From Octopus sinensis (Eukaryota), in the NCBI RefSeq assembly GCF_006345805.1, contig NC_043019.1, positions 27,279,360 to 27,343,359 of the forward strand: a stretch of DNA of 64,000 nt, given 5' to 3'. The stretch's first letter is position 1. Each line of letters opens with the position of its first letter. This document shows, in pieces, positions 51,302-63,399 of the stretch. Under the pieces are notes generated by a model that was not told the DNA's origin, did not search any database, and saw nothing but the letters and a program-made list of their open reading frames with translations. Made by a program: the position numbers and the translations under genes.

Positions 51302-52585
51302 TCAGTAGTCGTAACTGGCGACGGTTGGCATGACACCATAGGCAAGATCAGTCCGTATCTGCCATCGAAGAGAATGTCTCGGGTTTTGTGAAGGTATCAC
51401 ATAATTATTGGGCACGAAAGTTTTCCGTGGACGGCTTCCTATGACGTCGTGTTTGGCAATTTTCTCTTTAATGCTCCACCGAAGGGCGTTGTGATTATTT
51501 TCACCGGGAGGCTTGTGCAGGTCCCAGTAGTTCTGAAATTCATGGAACCTACTCACGGGGTCTGTCTTCCTGTTTTTCTTCAATCTCGGCGGTGTCGGAG
51601 TAACTATAATCGTGGACTTGGGCCGGCTATCGCAGGAACTTGGAGATCTCGGATAGAAATAGCCGTCTCTATTTGTTATCTCACTCAGACGATTCTGGTA
51701 CTCAGCGGGGTCAGCGATACTGCTACAGCAACTGCCACAGACACTACTACTAGTGCTACTGATACTACACACAGATTCACTTTCATCGATGTAACGTTTA
51801 CCATCGGGGCCTTTGCGAGACACCTTCCTCTTGGTAACAAAAGTGTTTAGCAGTGGAGGTTTTTCGGTGTCGGTGGAGGCGATTTGTGATGGTTTGGAGA
51901 CCGATACTTGTGATGAGAGGGAGGAGGAAGATGACGAAGGCACAACTTGACGAGACCAAGCGTTTTCTTTGTTCTTGGGATGATCAAAACTATTTACCTG
52001 GTTTGGCTGCGGAACGTTTGTTCTGGTGAAAGTTCGAAGGAGATTCTCCTGCTTTTCATGTTCCGTTTCCGATTCATTAGTCAGTGGCTGTTGAGTGTAT
52101 GTGTATTGATGGTTGAGTGTCATACCCGAGTGACCATCCACCTTATTGACACTGTTGAACAATTGACAGCTTCTATAAGCAACGTGTTCGTAACTTTCAA
52201 CTGTATTCTGGGGCCGATTGTGAGAAACGGTAACAGACGACGGCTCCATGGAATTAACAGAACGATAATTACCTGTGTGAGTTAGATATGACTTAGCATC
52301 TTCAACGTTCTCGGCAGCTGGTGATGTGAACGTTGGAGAAGTTATAGAAAAGGGTGCAGGAGGGGACGACGAAGACAAGTTTGGGCAAGTGACCGGTGAG
52401 TTACTGGAAGAAGGGGAAATTGTAGTGGATTTATCAACATTCTGAAGTGAATTGTAACTACTTTCTTTCATCAAATTTAGAATATCTTCTCGAAATTCAC
52501 GCAAAGTACTCTGGTCGATATCCTTAATCCCAAATCGCGCAAGTTCGTTTCTTATTTCTTCTTCTGAAAATTCAAACGAAGCCAT
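51302..52585 (-). CDS. HYLS1: Hydrolethalus syndrome protein 1 homolog (centriolar/ciliary), single coding exon, 427 aa
   Basis: Long uninterrupted ORF (first ATG 52585; the track start at 52591 is TTG). TKRKVSRKGPDG, SRPKSTII and the C-terminal KTDPVSRFHEFQNYWDLHKPPGENNHNALRWSIKE...FVPNNYVIPSQNPRHSLRWQIRTDLAYG match the HYLS1 conserved blocks as recalled (e.g. [28 protein letters not shown]). Confidence 0.9.
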   Translation of the reverse strand: MASFEFSEEEIRNELARFGIKDIDQSTLREFREDILNLMKESSYNSLQNVDKSTTISPSSSNSPVTCPNLSSSSPPAPFSITSPTFTSPAAENVEDAKSYLTHTGNYRSVNSMEPSSVTVSHNRPQNTVESYEHVAYRSCQLFNSVNKVDGHSGMTLNHQYTYTQQPLTNESETEHEKQENLLRTFTRTNVPQPNQVNSFDHPKNKENAWSRQVVPSSSSSSLSSQVSVSKPSQIASTDTEKPPLLNTFVTKRKVSRKGPDGKRYIDESESVCSISSTSSSVCGSCCSSIADPAEYQNRLSEITNRDGYFYPRSPSSCDSRPKSTIIVTPTPPRLKKNRKTDPVSRFHEFQNYWDLHKPPGENNHNALRWSIKEKIAKHDVIGSRPRKTFVPNNYVIPSQNPRHSLRWQIRTDLAYGVMPTVASYDY

Positions 52586-52643
52586 TTTCAAATATTTTTG
52601 TTGTTAGTTACTAACGCCACCTGGTGTTAGCATCAGTAAGTTA

Positions 52644-52656
52644 GTTTCTAAGCAAC
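52644..52656. promoter_or_regulatory. Candidate RFX X-box upstream of HYLS1
   Basis: GTTTCTAAGCAAC fits a 13-bp X-box variant and lies 59-71 nt upstream of the HYLS1 ATG in non-repetitive DNA. Confidence 0.45.
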
Positions 52657-55600
52657 TGCAAGGGAGGTAACACTTCAGTATTTCGTTTCCAATTTATTTC
52701 TTAACAGATCGTCAGGATCATCGTTATGTTGTCTCCGGTTAATCCTTGATCGACTAAATGTATGGTCAGCGGCCTTCCATCTCTGACCATTCCTTATTTT
52801 AGAGGCTTGCAGACCTACATTATCCAACATGTGTCTTTCTTTAGACAGTAAATATGATTTGACTGAATTTAGCTATTTCTAACATATCGAGTGACCACTT
52901 AGGTTAAACTCAAGTGTTTGACCCAACCAAAAAAAAATATATATATAGTGTAATAGGTGTAAAACATGTAGTAAACGAATATGAAAAAAAAAGGTTAATG
53001 TTTACATCTTGCCCCGGAAATGAAAATCCCAAAAATATACTGGAATGGGTATAAAACAATGTGTAGGAAACAAATATGTAAAAAAATAAATATACTTATA
53101 TAGATATACCACACAGGAGTGGCTGTGTGGTAAGTAGCTTGCTAACCAACCACATGGTTCCGGGTTCAGTCCCACTGCGTGGCATCTTGGGCAAGTGTCT
53201 TCTGCTATAGCCCCGGGCCGACCAATGCCTTGTGAGTGGATTTGGTAGACGGAAACTGAAAGAAGCCTGTCGTATATGTATATATATATGTGTGTGTTTG
53301 TCCCCCTAGCATTGCTTGACAACCGATGCTGGTGTGTTTACGTCCCCGTCACTTAGCGGTTCGGCTAAAGAGACCGATAGAATAAGTACTGGGCTTACAA
53401 AGAATAAGTCCCGGGGTCGATTTGCTCGACTAAAAGCGGTGCTCCAGCATGGCCGCAGTCAAATGACTGAAACAAGTAAAAGAGTATACGCGCAAAGCAA
53501 CGAGAGGACTTCGGAAAATTCCCAAGATCCGAGTTTTCCCTCGTAACTTTTAGGAAAATGAGTTTTTTTTTTTTTCAGTTAAATTTTATAGAAATACCTT
53601 TCAAACGGCATACATTGCGATTACGAAGAAATTTGTTGGGAAAATCTTTTCTAAGAGGGTGGAGAGAGGACTTGGAAAATTCACAAGATCCGAGCTTTTC
53701 CCTCGTAACTTTTAGAAAAGATCTGAATTTTTCCTCGTTATATTCCGAAATCACATTCAACTTTCTACAGGTACCCTAGCGTAGTAGTAGTATTACTACT
53801 ACACTACGTAGTGTTTTTTTTCGGTCAGACTAAAGGGTTTGACCTGAGCAAAAAAAAAAAAGTAGTGTAATAGGTGTAAAACAACTTGCTGTAAACGAAT
53901 ATGTAAAAAAAAAATGCGCGCTCGCGAACGGGGTGTGGGGAAGAGGACTCGGAAAATTCACATCGTCAGACCATGACCTTTAAACTCTAGTGTTTGACCT
54001 GAGCAAAAAAAAATCAGGCAATCTTTCGTCTCTAGTAGACCTTTCCGTAAAAAATTTTTTTTTTTTACATATGGGCTTGCGGGAACTTTTGAAGTAATGA
54101 GAGCGAAAGAGACTAAGAGAAAGCGATTGTATGACGAGGGAAGTTCTTTTGAAGTTACCGTGCATGTGAAGCATTGATGTACATGTGTGCGTGTTTGATG
54201 GGGTGTGGGAGACAGACAGTATGTTGTGTAAGTGAAGTGCTTCTGTTAGTGTGTGTGAAGAGACAGAGTAATGTGTAAAAGAAAGAGATAACTGGAATTT
54301 TTTACTCGGTGTATGTGTATATGTATGTATATTACTTCAAAAGTTCCCGCAAGCTCATATGTAAAAAAAAAAAAAAAAAACTTTTTTACGGAAATCGACG
54401 GAAAGGTCTACTAGAGACGAAAGATCGCCGAAATAATAATAATAAAGAGTGTAATAGCTGTATGATGAATATTTTAGTAAACGAATATTTTTTAAAATGC
54501 TCGCGAACGGGGGTGTGATGTTTGTTAGTATGTATGTGTGAGAGCCCACCATTTTGTTTTTTTATTTTTCATATTAAATTCCGATATAATCAGATTCTAC
54601 ACCGCATGAAGGGTATTTGTAGAACAATTTCATTAAAAAATATCCATTTTACGTAAAGTTATGAGGAAACAAAGTGACTCATGTAAATTTTCGAAACTCC
54701 TCTCCCCATCCACAAAAAACTTTTTCACAAGAAATTCCGATATAATCAGGAACATATCTGTAGAATATTTCATTAAAGAATATTCATTTTAGTGGGAGTT
54801 ATGAGGAAACCAAGTCAATAACAATAATTATTATTTTTTTTTTTTTTTTAATTGGTACTTTTGAAACCAAGTCGGCAGGGGCACACTTGTGTAGGTATGC
54901 CCTCACACACATCGCATCCACGAAATGAAACTTGAAATTTTGAAAAAGAATTATGTGGTGCGTTTTAATGTGGGATCTTTTCGGTTTGACCGGCAGTTTT
55001 TTAAAATTAATTTCCACGTAACTAAACACTTTTAAACTTCGTATACTGGTAGAATGTGTTTATAAAACATCTTTTTTCTTGGCTTTATTGAGAAAATTCT
55101 ATATAGTTTGTAAGATATTTGGTTTTTTTCTTCTTCAGTTTCTGCAATTTCAACCAATCAATGACGTTTATTGAGGTGAAAACATTCTGTGCCGTATGAA
55201 TATGTCCCTCGTTTAAGAAACAGATTGGGTTTATTTACATTTCTGGAGAAAAAAAGATACCCTGATAAGGTTAATAATCCTAAGACACAAAAGTATTTTT
55301 CTTGATTTAACCCTTTAGCTGTCAGTTGTAATATTTATTATTTACCCGCATTGTTTTGAATTAATCATGCATTAATAGGCGTAGGAGTGGCTGTGTTGTA
55401 AGTAGCTTGCTTACCAACCACATGGTTCCGGGTTCAGTCCCAATGCATGGCACCTTGGGCAAGTGTCTTCTACTATAGCCTCGACCCGACCAAAGCCTTG
55501 TGAGTGGTTTTGGTAGACGCAAACTGAAAGTCCGTTGTATATATGTATATATATATGTATGTGTGTTTGTCCCCCCCACCCCAACATCACTTGACAACCG

Positions 55601-56117
55601 ATGCTGGTGTGTTTACGTCCCCGTAACTTAGCGGTTCGGCAAAAGAGACCGATAAAATAAGTACTAGGCTTACAAAGAATAAATCCTGGGGTCGATTTGC
55701 TCAACTAAAGGCGGTGCTCCAGTATGGCCACAGTCAAATGACTGAAACAAGTAAAAGAGTATTATCTTGTAGATTCAAGACATCAATGATGTAATTGTAT
55801 ATTTTTAGAATGACAATGTAGGGTAGGTATGAAAGGCTGGATCTGACTACTTTGAACATAGAACAGGCAGAACATTAGAGTTGGATGTGGATGGCCACTT
55901 AAAATGCTAGAGTTAAGCCTTCAGCTTTCAGTTTACTGTCAAATGCAACACTTATTTATTCATATTGTTCTGAATTAATCATGCAATATCTCACAGTATC
56001 AAAATTTCAATGATATGATTGTTTATTGTTAGGGTAGGTGTGAGAGGCTGGATCTGCTTTGAATATAAAACAGGTAAAACATTGGAGCTGGGTCTAAATG
56101 GCCACTTGAAATGTTAA

Positions 56118-56339
56118 CCCTTTCGATACCAACCCGGCTGAAACTGCCTCAGGCTCTTTAGTATATACGTCTTGTTTTCATAAGTTTTGAATTAAAATCT
56201 TCCACCAAACCTTAGTCACAATTTATGTTCCTAACACTAGCTTAATGATAACTAAGTTATTTTACTAAATTCTTTGTTATATTTAAAATTAATTGAAAGA
56301 AACACAGAACATCCCAACAGAAATATGGTAACGAAAGGG
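56118..56339. mobile_element. piggyBac-like TTAA MITE (about 220 bp); representative copy
   Basis: TTAA on both sides; TIRs CCCTTTCGATACCA / TGGTAACGAAAGGG (13 of 14). Copies at 25963-26183 (inverted), 56371-56590, 61129-61348, 61405-62009; related family 56603-56800 and near 8074-8702. Confidence 0.85.
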
Positions 56340-56919
56340 TTAAAATATATAATAGACAAACAATTCTTAACCCATTTGTTACCAACCCACCTGAAACCAC
56401 CCCAGGCGCTGAATACAAATGTCTTGTTTTCATAAGTTTTGAATTAAAATCTTCCACCAAACCTTAGTCACAATTTATGTTCCTAACACTAGCTGAATGA
56501 TAACTAAGTTATTTTACTAAATTCTTTGTTATACTTAAAGTAATTGAAAGAAACACAGAGCATCTCAAAATAAATATAGTAACAAAAGGGTTAAATGGTT
56601 AACCCTTTATCATTCAGTTTATTCTGTCGAATGTAATGTTTATGTAATTCACATTGTTTTGAATTTATTAATTATGTATTATCTCATAGCTTTGAAATTT
56701 CAATGATGTAATAGTTTATTTTTAGGGTAGGAGTGAGAGGCTGGATCTGACTGCTTCGAACACAAAACAGGCAGGACACTTTGGTTTAAAAGCTAAAAGG
56801 TTAATGTCATATAAAGCGAAAAGTAGCAAGAGATAGGTGTAGAAGCTTTATTAAAAACGATGATTTCTTTATTTCTAGAAAAATATAAATGATACATTGT
56901 ATGAGACAAGCAAATGAAT

Positions 56920-57080
56920 GTAACACAGATTTTGATACATATTTATGGAATGTGACACAAGTATAGATTCTATTTAAAGAATGTAACACAGACGGTGATT
57001 CATATTTAAGGAATGCAACGCACATTTTGATACATACTTGAGGAATGTAACACAGATACCAATACATGTTTAAGGGATAC
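56920..57080. repeat. Degenerate tandem repeat of about 35 bp (about 5 units)
   Basis: Recurring GAATGTAACACAGA...CATATTTAAG. Confidence 0.7.
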
Positions 57081-58059
57081 TGGTATAAACATAATCCTTT
57101 CTATTGAAGGCACAAGGCCTGAAATTTTGGGGGAGGGGGTAAATTGATTACATCAACCCCAGTGTTTCACTGGTACTTAATTTATCAACCCCCGAAAGGA
57201 TGAAAGGCAAAGTCGACCTCAATGAAGTTTGAACTCAGAATACAGGGACAGATGAAATACTGCTAAACATTTCGTCCAGCATGCTAACAATTCTGCCAGC
57301 TCGCCGTCTTTATACATAAATAAATAATGTAAAACATCCTGATACAGTTTAGTAGTAAACAATCTATTAGATAAACAAAGGAATGTAAACAAGTCTTAAT
57401 ACTGGAATGTTTATTTATTTATATTCTATTTTATAGGCAAACTTATGTAACAGACTTAATCATATTGAGACAGTGTTGAGGCCACAGTGCACTCAAATAT
57501 CTTCAACTGCAACCAGAAAAGAGTCATCCAAGTGCTTGGCATAAAAATCACTCACAGATGATATGCCCCCGTTTCTGGCTCACAGACACACTACCTCCTC
57601 TTACTGCTTTTTTCTACAACTCTAATGGCCCCTGCTCCTTAGAGCTAACTGGGACTGCACAATCTCCATTCAGGTACTCCCTTCTTGGGTCTAAATTCCC
57701 AGGCCCTACACTAACCACAACACCCTAGCCTTCTTTCCCAGAGTACCAACCCTCTCAAATTTCCTCCTTGCAACTGTTAGTGTTAGAAAGGTTCAAAAAA
57801 GAACATTAATGGCATTTGTCTTATTGGTCTAGCAGGGTCTGCAAAAGCTATGGGCAGTGATCCTTCCTCCAAGGCCAACAAGTTTTTTTTTTAAATCATC
57901 TTCGTCACCTAATGCCCATTTTTTCCTTACCTGCCTGCATCAGACAGAATTTGTTGAAGCAAATATTCAGGCAAGTATTCATCATCATCATTTAATGTCC
58001 ACCTTCCATGCCGGCATGGATTGAATGGTCTGACAGCAGCCGGCCACTCTCTTTCATTT

Positions 58060-58112
<53 letters not shown>

Positions 58113-59516
58113 TGTGGGTTAAAGTAGTGAGGAAAGGCAATTTCCTCATTGCTGTTTCTCACTACTTTAGCCTATTCCTTCTGACTCAAAGGGAAACCAC
58201 CATCAGCTGTTTCTTGAGCAAGACAATCACACAACCACAACTTCAATTGCTGCTCTAACTGGAATTTTAGTGCAACACCTATTTGAGCACTCTGAACACA
58301 TGCCTGTTAGCTTGAGTCATCCTCATGTAAAGTCCTCATATCCTAGATATATGTGTGTGTGTGTGTGTGTGTGGTTGATGACATAAGAATTTATAATCCG
58401 AAGAGTGTGAACTAAGTCTTTTTGGGGAATGGTGAAACACGAAGCCAAGAAAGCTATAAACAACATCATATAAATATTCTTTTCTACTCTAGGCGCAGGG
58501 CCCGAAATTTTGGGGGAGGAGGCCAGTCAATTAGATTGACCCCAGTATGCAACTGGTACTTAATTTCTCAACCCCAAAAAGGATGGAAGGTAAAGTAGAC
58601 CTCAGTGGAATTTGATCTCAGAATGTAAAGACAGATGAAAAACCACTAAGCATTTCGTCTGGCATGCTAACGTTTCTGCCAGCTCACCGCCTTATCTTGG
58701 TACCATATATTCTTTTCTATTCTAGGAACAAGGCCCAAAATTTTGGGGGAAGGGGTCAGTCAATTAGATCAACCCCAGTATGCAATTGGTACTTAATTTA
58801 TCAACCTCGAAAGGATGAAAGGTAAAGTCGACCTTGGAAGAATTTGAACTCAGAGCATAAAGACCGCTAAGCATTTCACCCGGCATGCTAACATTTCTGC
58901 CAGCTCACCGCCTTACAACATATAAATATTGGGTTAAAAACCTTTCGGATAGAAAAGTTGGAAGCTGCCCGTGGGACAGCTTTAGTCTTTTTCTATCCAA
59001 GAGGAATTTTCCACCCAATACTTACATGCTTTTATTTATAGTATTATGTGCTTTGAATTTCACCATCCAAAAATAGGATTATATATTGAGAGAGAGAGAA
59101 AGTTAATATATATACATATATACCTATTTCTGTACTACCCACAAGGGGCTAAACGGAGAGAGGACAAACAAGGACAGACAAACGGATTAAGTCGATTATA
59201 TCGACCCCAGTGCATAACTGGTACTTATTTAATCGACCCCGAAAGGATGAAAGACAAAGTCGACCTCGGTGGAATTTGAACTTAGAATGTGAAGACAGAC
59301 GAAATACCGCTAAGCATTCCGTCCGGCGTACTAACGATTCTGCCAGCTCGCCACCTTATATACATATATACACACATACAAATTCACTATATATGTATAT
59401 ACACACATTGGTGATATTTACATATCAAATAATCAGTAACATAATTCACAAAGATAACACAGAACTAGTAAGTTCCAATTCTGGCCATCACCTCATACTA
59501 CAATATCAACAATAGC

Positions 59517-59797
59517 TCATAGTTCTTCTTTCTTGGTTCTGTTGACCTTTACAGTTGCTCTGAGCTGCTTCTTTCCTTGACCCCTTTTTCTTGATCCCTT
59601 CGGCTCCTTTAAATATCTCATTTTGGGGTGTGGGACATTTCCATGGCACCCTTGCATGAGGTGCTCAGCTGCTCGGAGTCCAGATCTAAACGCCCCCTGG
59701 ATGGTGCCGAATCTGGTGGAGTCAGTATAGTCGTTGGCGAAGTAGATGTGAGGACAGACCGGCTTGGAGACAGCATCCCACTGGGTTTGGGACATAC
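59517..59797 (-). CDS. Flavin amine oxidase family gene, terminal exon; upstream exons lie mostly beyond the window
   Basis: Acceptor ...ctgcaactgaaag|GT ATG; encodes (G)MSQTQWDAVSKPVCPHIYFANDYTDSTRFGTIQGAFRSGLRAAEHL...TKKEEL*; aligns without gaps to the family C-terminal FAD-binding segment (LFFAGEHT...TVHGALLSGLREA type). Confidence 0.85.
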
Positions 59798-61567
59798 CTT
59801 TCAGTTGCAGAGAGAAAAAGATGAAAATGAGAAACAATATTTCTGATACAGAATGCTGAGTGAAAAGGATAAAAAGAAAAAAAAAAACCTGCATCAACAA
59901 CATTATAACAATCTTTAGTTTTATGTGTCTTTCTTCTTCTCAAGGAGAAAATGAAGAAGACAACGAAGATGACAAAGACAATGACGAAGATGACAACGAT
60001 GAAGAAGAGAGGACGACAGCAATGAAGACAGGGTGACAAAGACGACAGCGACAAAGATGACGGAGACATTGACAACAAAGACAATGATGATCAGGAAGAA
60101 AGAAAGAAAAACGGAAAGAATGAAAGAAAGAAAGAAAGAAAGAAAGGAAAGAAGGGAGGAAGGAAAGAAAGATGTAAAGAAAGAAAGAAAGAGAGAGAGA
60201 AAGAAAAAGTGAGGAAGAAGAATGAAGAGAGAATGAAAAGAAGAATGAAGAAAGGAACAATAAAGGAAGAAGATCGAAGAAGAAATTATTCATTAAGCCC
60301 CTAAAGTGTGAAAAGTGAAGTTGACTGGAACAGGATTGAAACTCCCTATGTAAGGGAGGAGGACCTAATTAAATATAACATCATCTCCCCTTGTATATGT
60401 TGACCTACATAACAATAATGTAGTTGTTTTGTATAAACATAAGCAGTGAATATGTATTAATGTGATCCCATACAGGCTTTCTGCTTTGATTTAGGGACTA
60501 GGATCTAACTGTGGGTATGTCTCCATAGTTACACAGACAAGGGGTCCAAACAGAATCATTGTCACCTGAGGAATTTTCAAAAATTATTCTTAATAATAAA
60601 AGAAATAGGCACAGGCGTGGCAGTGTGGTAAGAAGTTTGCTTCTCAATGACATGGTTCTGAGTTCAGTCCCACTGTGTGGCGCTTTGAGCAAGTGTCTTC
60701 TACAACAGCCCCAAAACTTTAACAACAAAAGCTAATATGGGCCCCACTCCAATGGTCATATGGATCCTGATTGAGAACTATTAGACTAAACCTTTGAAGC
60801 TGGTGCCCCAGACTGGCCACTTTTCAATGATTGAAACAAATAAAATATAGAACATAAATAAAAAAAAAAACTCTGTCTCAAAGGTCTGTGAAATGAGTCA
60901 ACACCATTAACAGAAGGAGAAGAACGAGGTGGGGTAGGGGTGGTATATATGTTAAATCTTTGGAGACAAAACTTTAAAGCAAACAAACATTTTTACAGAT
61001 TGGCACCATTTCAACAGAGGCAGCAAAACTTGTAGTCTTATAGTTAAAATAGGACCTGACATCTTGCAAAGCTTGTCACTGGTGACCGAGAGAGTGGCAA
61101 AAGGGTTGTGCAAGCATTTATCACTTAACCCTTTTGATACCAATCCAGCTGAAACTGGCTCTGGCTCTGAGTACAAATGTCTCATTTTCATAAGTTTTGA
61201 ATCAAAATCTTCCACCAAACCTTAGTCACAATTTATGTTGCTAACACTAGCTTAATGATAACTAAGTTATTTTTCTATATTCTTTGTTATAATTAAAGTA
61301 ATTTAAAGAAACACAGAGCATCTCAAAATAAATACAGTAATGAAAGGGTTAAAAGCACTCATGCTGGTGCCATGTAGAAAGCAGTACTGATGGTACCACA
61401 TTAACCCTTTTGATACCAATCCGGCTGAAACTGCCTCTGGCTCTGAGTACAAATGTCTTGTTTTCAAAAGTTTTGAATTAAAATTTTCCACCAAACCTTA
61501 GTCACAATTTATGTTCCTAACACTAGCTTAATGATAACTAAGTTATTTTGCTAAATTCTTTGATATA

Positions 61568-61952
61568 TCTTTATATATAAAAGTCAAGTTGTGTGTCCGT
61601 CTCTTACGATTTAGATTCCTAACTACTCCCACATTTTGCGGTGCAGTTTAACCAAAACTGGGTATCTTATAGTCGTGATTCATATCGAGCCCTTCTGAGT
61701 ATTAGCGCGCGTCTACGATGAGTCTACAATTTAAAAAAAAATTTACCATCATTTTTTCCATTTTTAATGCATTTTTTCACTATTATATAAGGGAAGTAAC
61801 TCTCTAAAAATGTCTATGATGAGTCAACGATTTTAAAAAGAATTTACCATAATCTTTTTTCCATTTTTAATGCATTTTTTTGCTATAACTCTAAAAATGC
61901 TTATATAGTTATTTCCCTTACAAACCCGAGCAACGCTGGGCGATACTGCTAG
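61568..61952 (+). mobile_element. Non-autonomous Helitron, 385 bp, complete ends
   Basis: 5' TC (TCTTTATATATAAAAG); subterminal hairpin CCCGAGC-AAC-GCTGGG 61925-61940; 3' CTAG; inserted between A and T with no TSD in a TTAA MITE. Confidence 0.85.
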
Positions 61953-62737
61953 TTTAAAATAATTGAAAGAAACACAGAGCACCTCAAAATAAATACAGCA
62001 ACGAAAGGGTTAAATCCAAAGACATACGGATGTCTCACTATTCATTTCATATCTTGATCCGTTTTGTATTTTATAAACTCCTATGGTGATGGCTGCATAG
62101 TGACTATTCATGCACAAGTAATGATGAAAGTAAATTAGACCTTATCAGGTTGAATGTGAAATGGCCATCATATGAGAAGATGAGGTTATCATGTCACATA
62201 CACACACACATCTAGCAAAAGAATACCCTCCATCAGGCATTTGCCATATCCTGAACGCCTTACTTCCCTGGGCATGGACACATTGAAACTCCGACGTCTG
62301 GCAGCTGACTTGGCAGACACCCATAAAATTATCAACCATCGCACAAACAATAACTCTGAGCACCTCTTCAAACTCCACCCATCTAACACCCGTGGACATA
62401 TTTACAAAGTAAGAAAACAGCACAGCTCCCATGACTTCAGGAAACATTTTTTCACGCTGAGAGTTGCTGAAGCGTGGAACAAACTGCCGGCATCGGTTGT
62501 TAGTTGTCGGAGCACTGCATCCTTCAAAACTTCCATGCTTCCTGAGATTGGCCAACACTACACTTGATTTTCTCCCCTCCATACACATACAAGCATGTTC
62601 ACTTTCCAGACATTTCTACATTACTGCATGTACTTTATATGCACTTTCTGACAAGTTGTGGTGCACCTGAGCACTGTATACAATAATTTCATTATTATTA
62701 TTATTATTATAACTAAAATTGACATGAGAATACTCAC

Positions 62738-62863
62738 CGACGGTGGGGTAAGAGAGAAGTCCCTGACTGAAAGGATCAGCTGCCCAGTTACTTGTTGTCA
62801 CACTCAAGATGGCATCTTTGGACAAATTCTTCAAATGAAACATTGCTGCTAACCGTTCCAGTG
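62738..62863 (-). CDS. Flavin amine oxidase family (PAO/LSD/MAO-like) gene, penultimate exon
   Basis: Acceptor ctgtttcttctag|; encodes LERLAAMFHLKNLSKDAILSVTTSNWAADPFSQGLLSYPTV (WxxDP...G motif); donor G|gtgagt; 126 nt, phase 1 to 1, in frame with 59517..59797. Confidence 0.85.
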
Positions 62864-63399
62864 CTAGAAGAAACAGTCAAGTGTATTGTTAGTTATTGGA
62901 GTTTTGTATGGAAGTTATTGTCTTTCAGACAGTCAGACACACAAACAGCATTACTGTTTGACCAACACCTTGAAGCAAACAAAAAAAGCCTTTACGTAAT
63001 CACTCAACCTGCTAGAAATAGCAGCCAAATCTCCCTTAATCACACTCACACCAATAACAAAAAAAAAACAGGATGAAGTGTCACAAACGGAATACCTCTG
63101 ATCATGAATCTACTCAATCAAGGCTGACCTGGGGTTAAACAAGAACTAATATTCTCTTTATAAAATAGTTAAAATAGTTAAATAAATTTCTTTAAGATTT
63201 CCTCAAAATCCTGTTAATATTGTTTCAGCTTTGATGTGAAAAGAATATGGAATTGTGTAAATATTTGTGAGTTAAGTTAAGTTAATTTTTTGGCTCAAAA
63301 AGCAAAAAGCAAGGCCATGTAGGGGGACATGGAGTTAGGTACAGGGAGGGTGTTCATGCAAAGAGTTCAGGCCATTTGTGGTCAAGGGAGACTTTGAAC

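Noticed and set aside
51449-52285. Plus-strand ORFs of 133 and 112 aa
   Set aside because: Antisense shadows of the HYLS1 coding sequence
59940-60300. Acidic/basic low-complexity stretch resembling a coding exon
   Set aside because: Purine-rich simple repeat inside the amine oxidase last intron; no credible splice sites or start
60786-61218. Minus-strand ORFs as extra amine oxidase exons
   Set aside because: Exons 62738..62863 and 59517..59797 join in frame with continuous motifs, leaving no room; these ORFs partly translate a MITE
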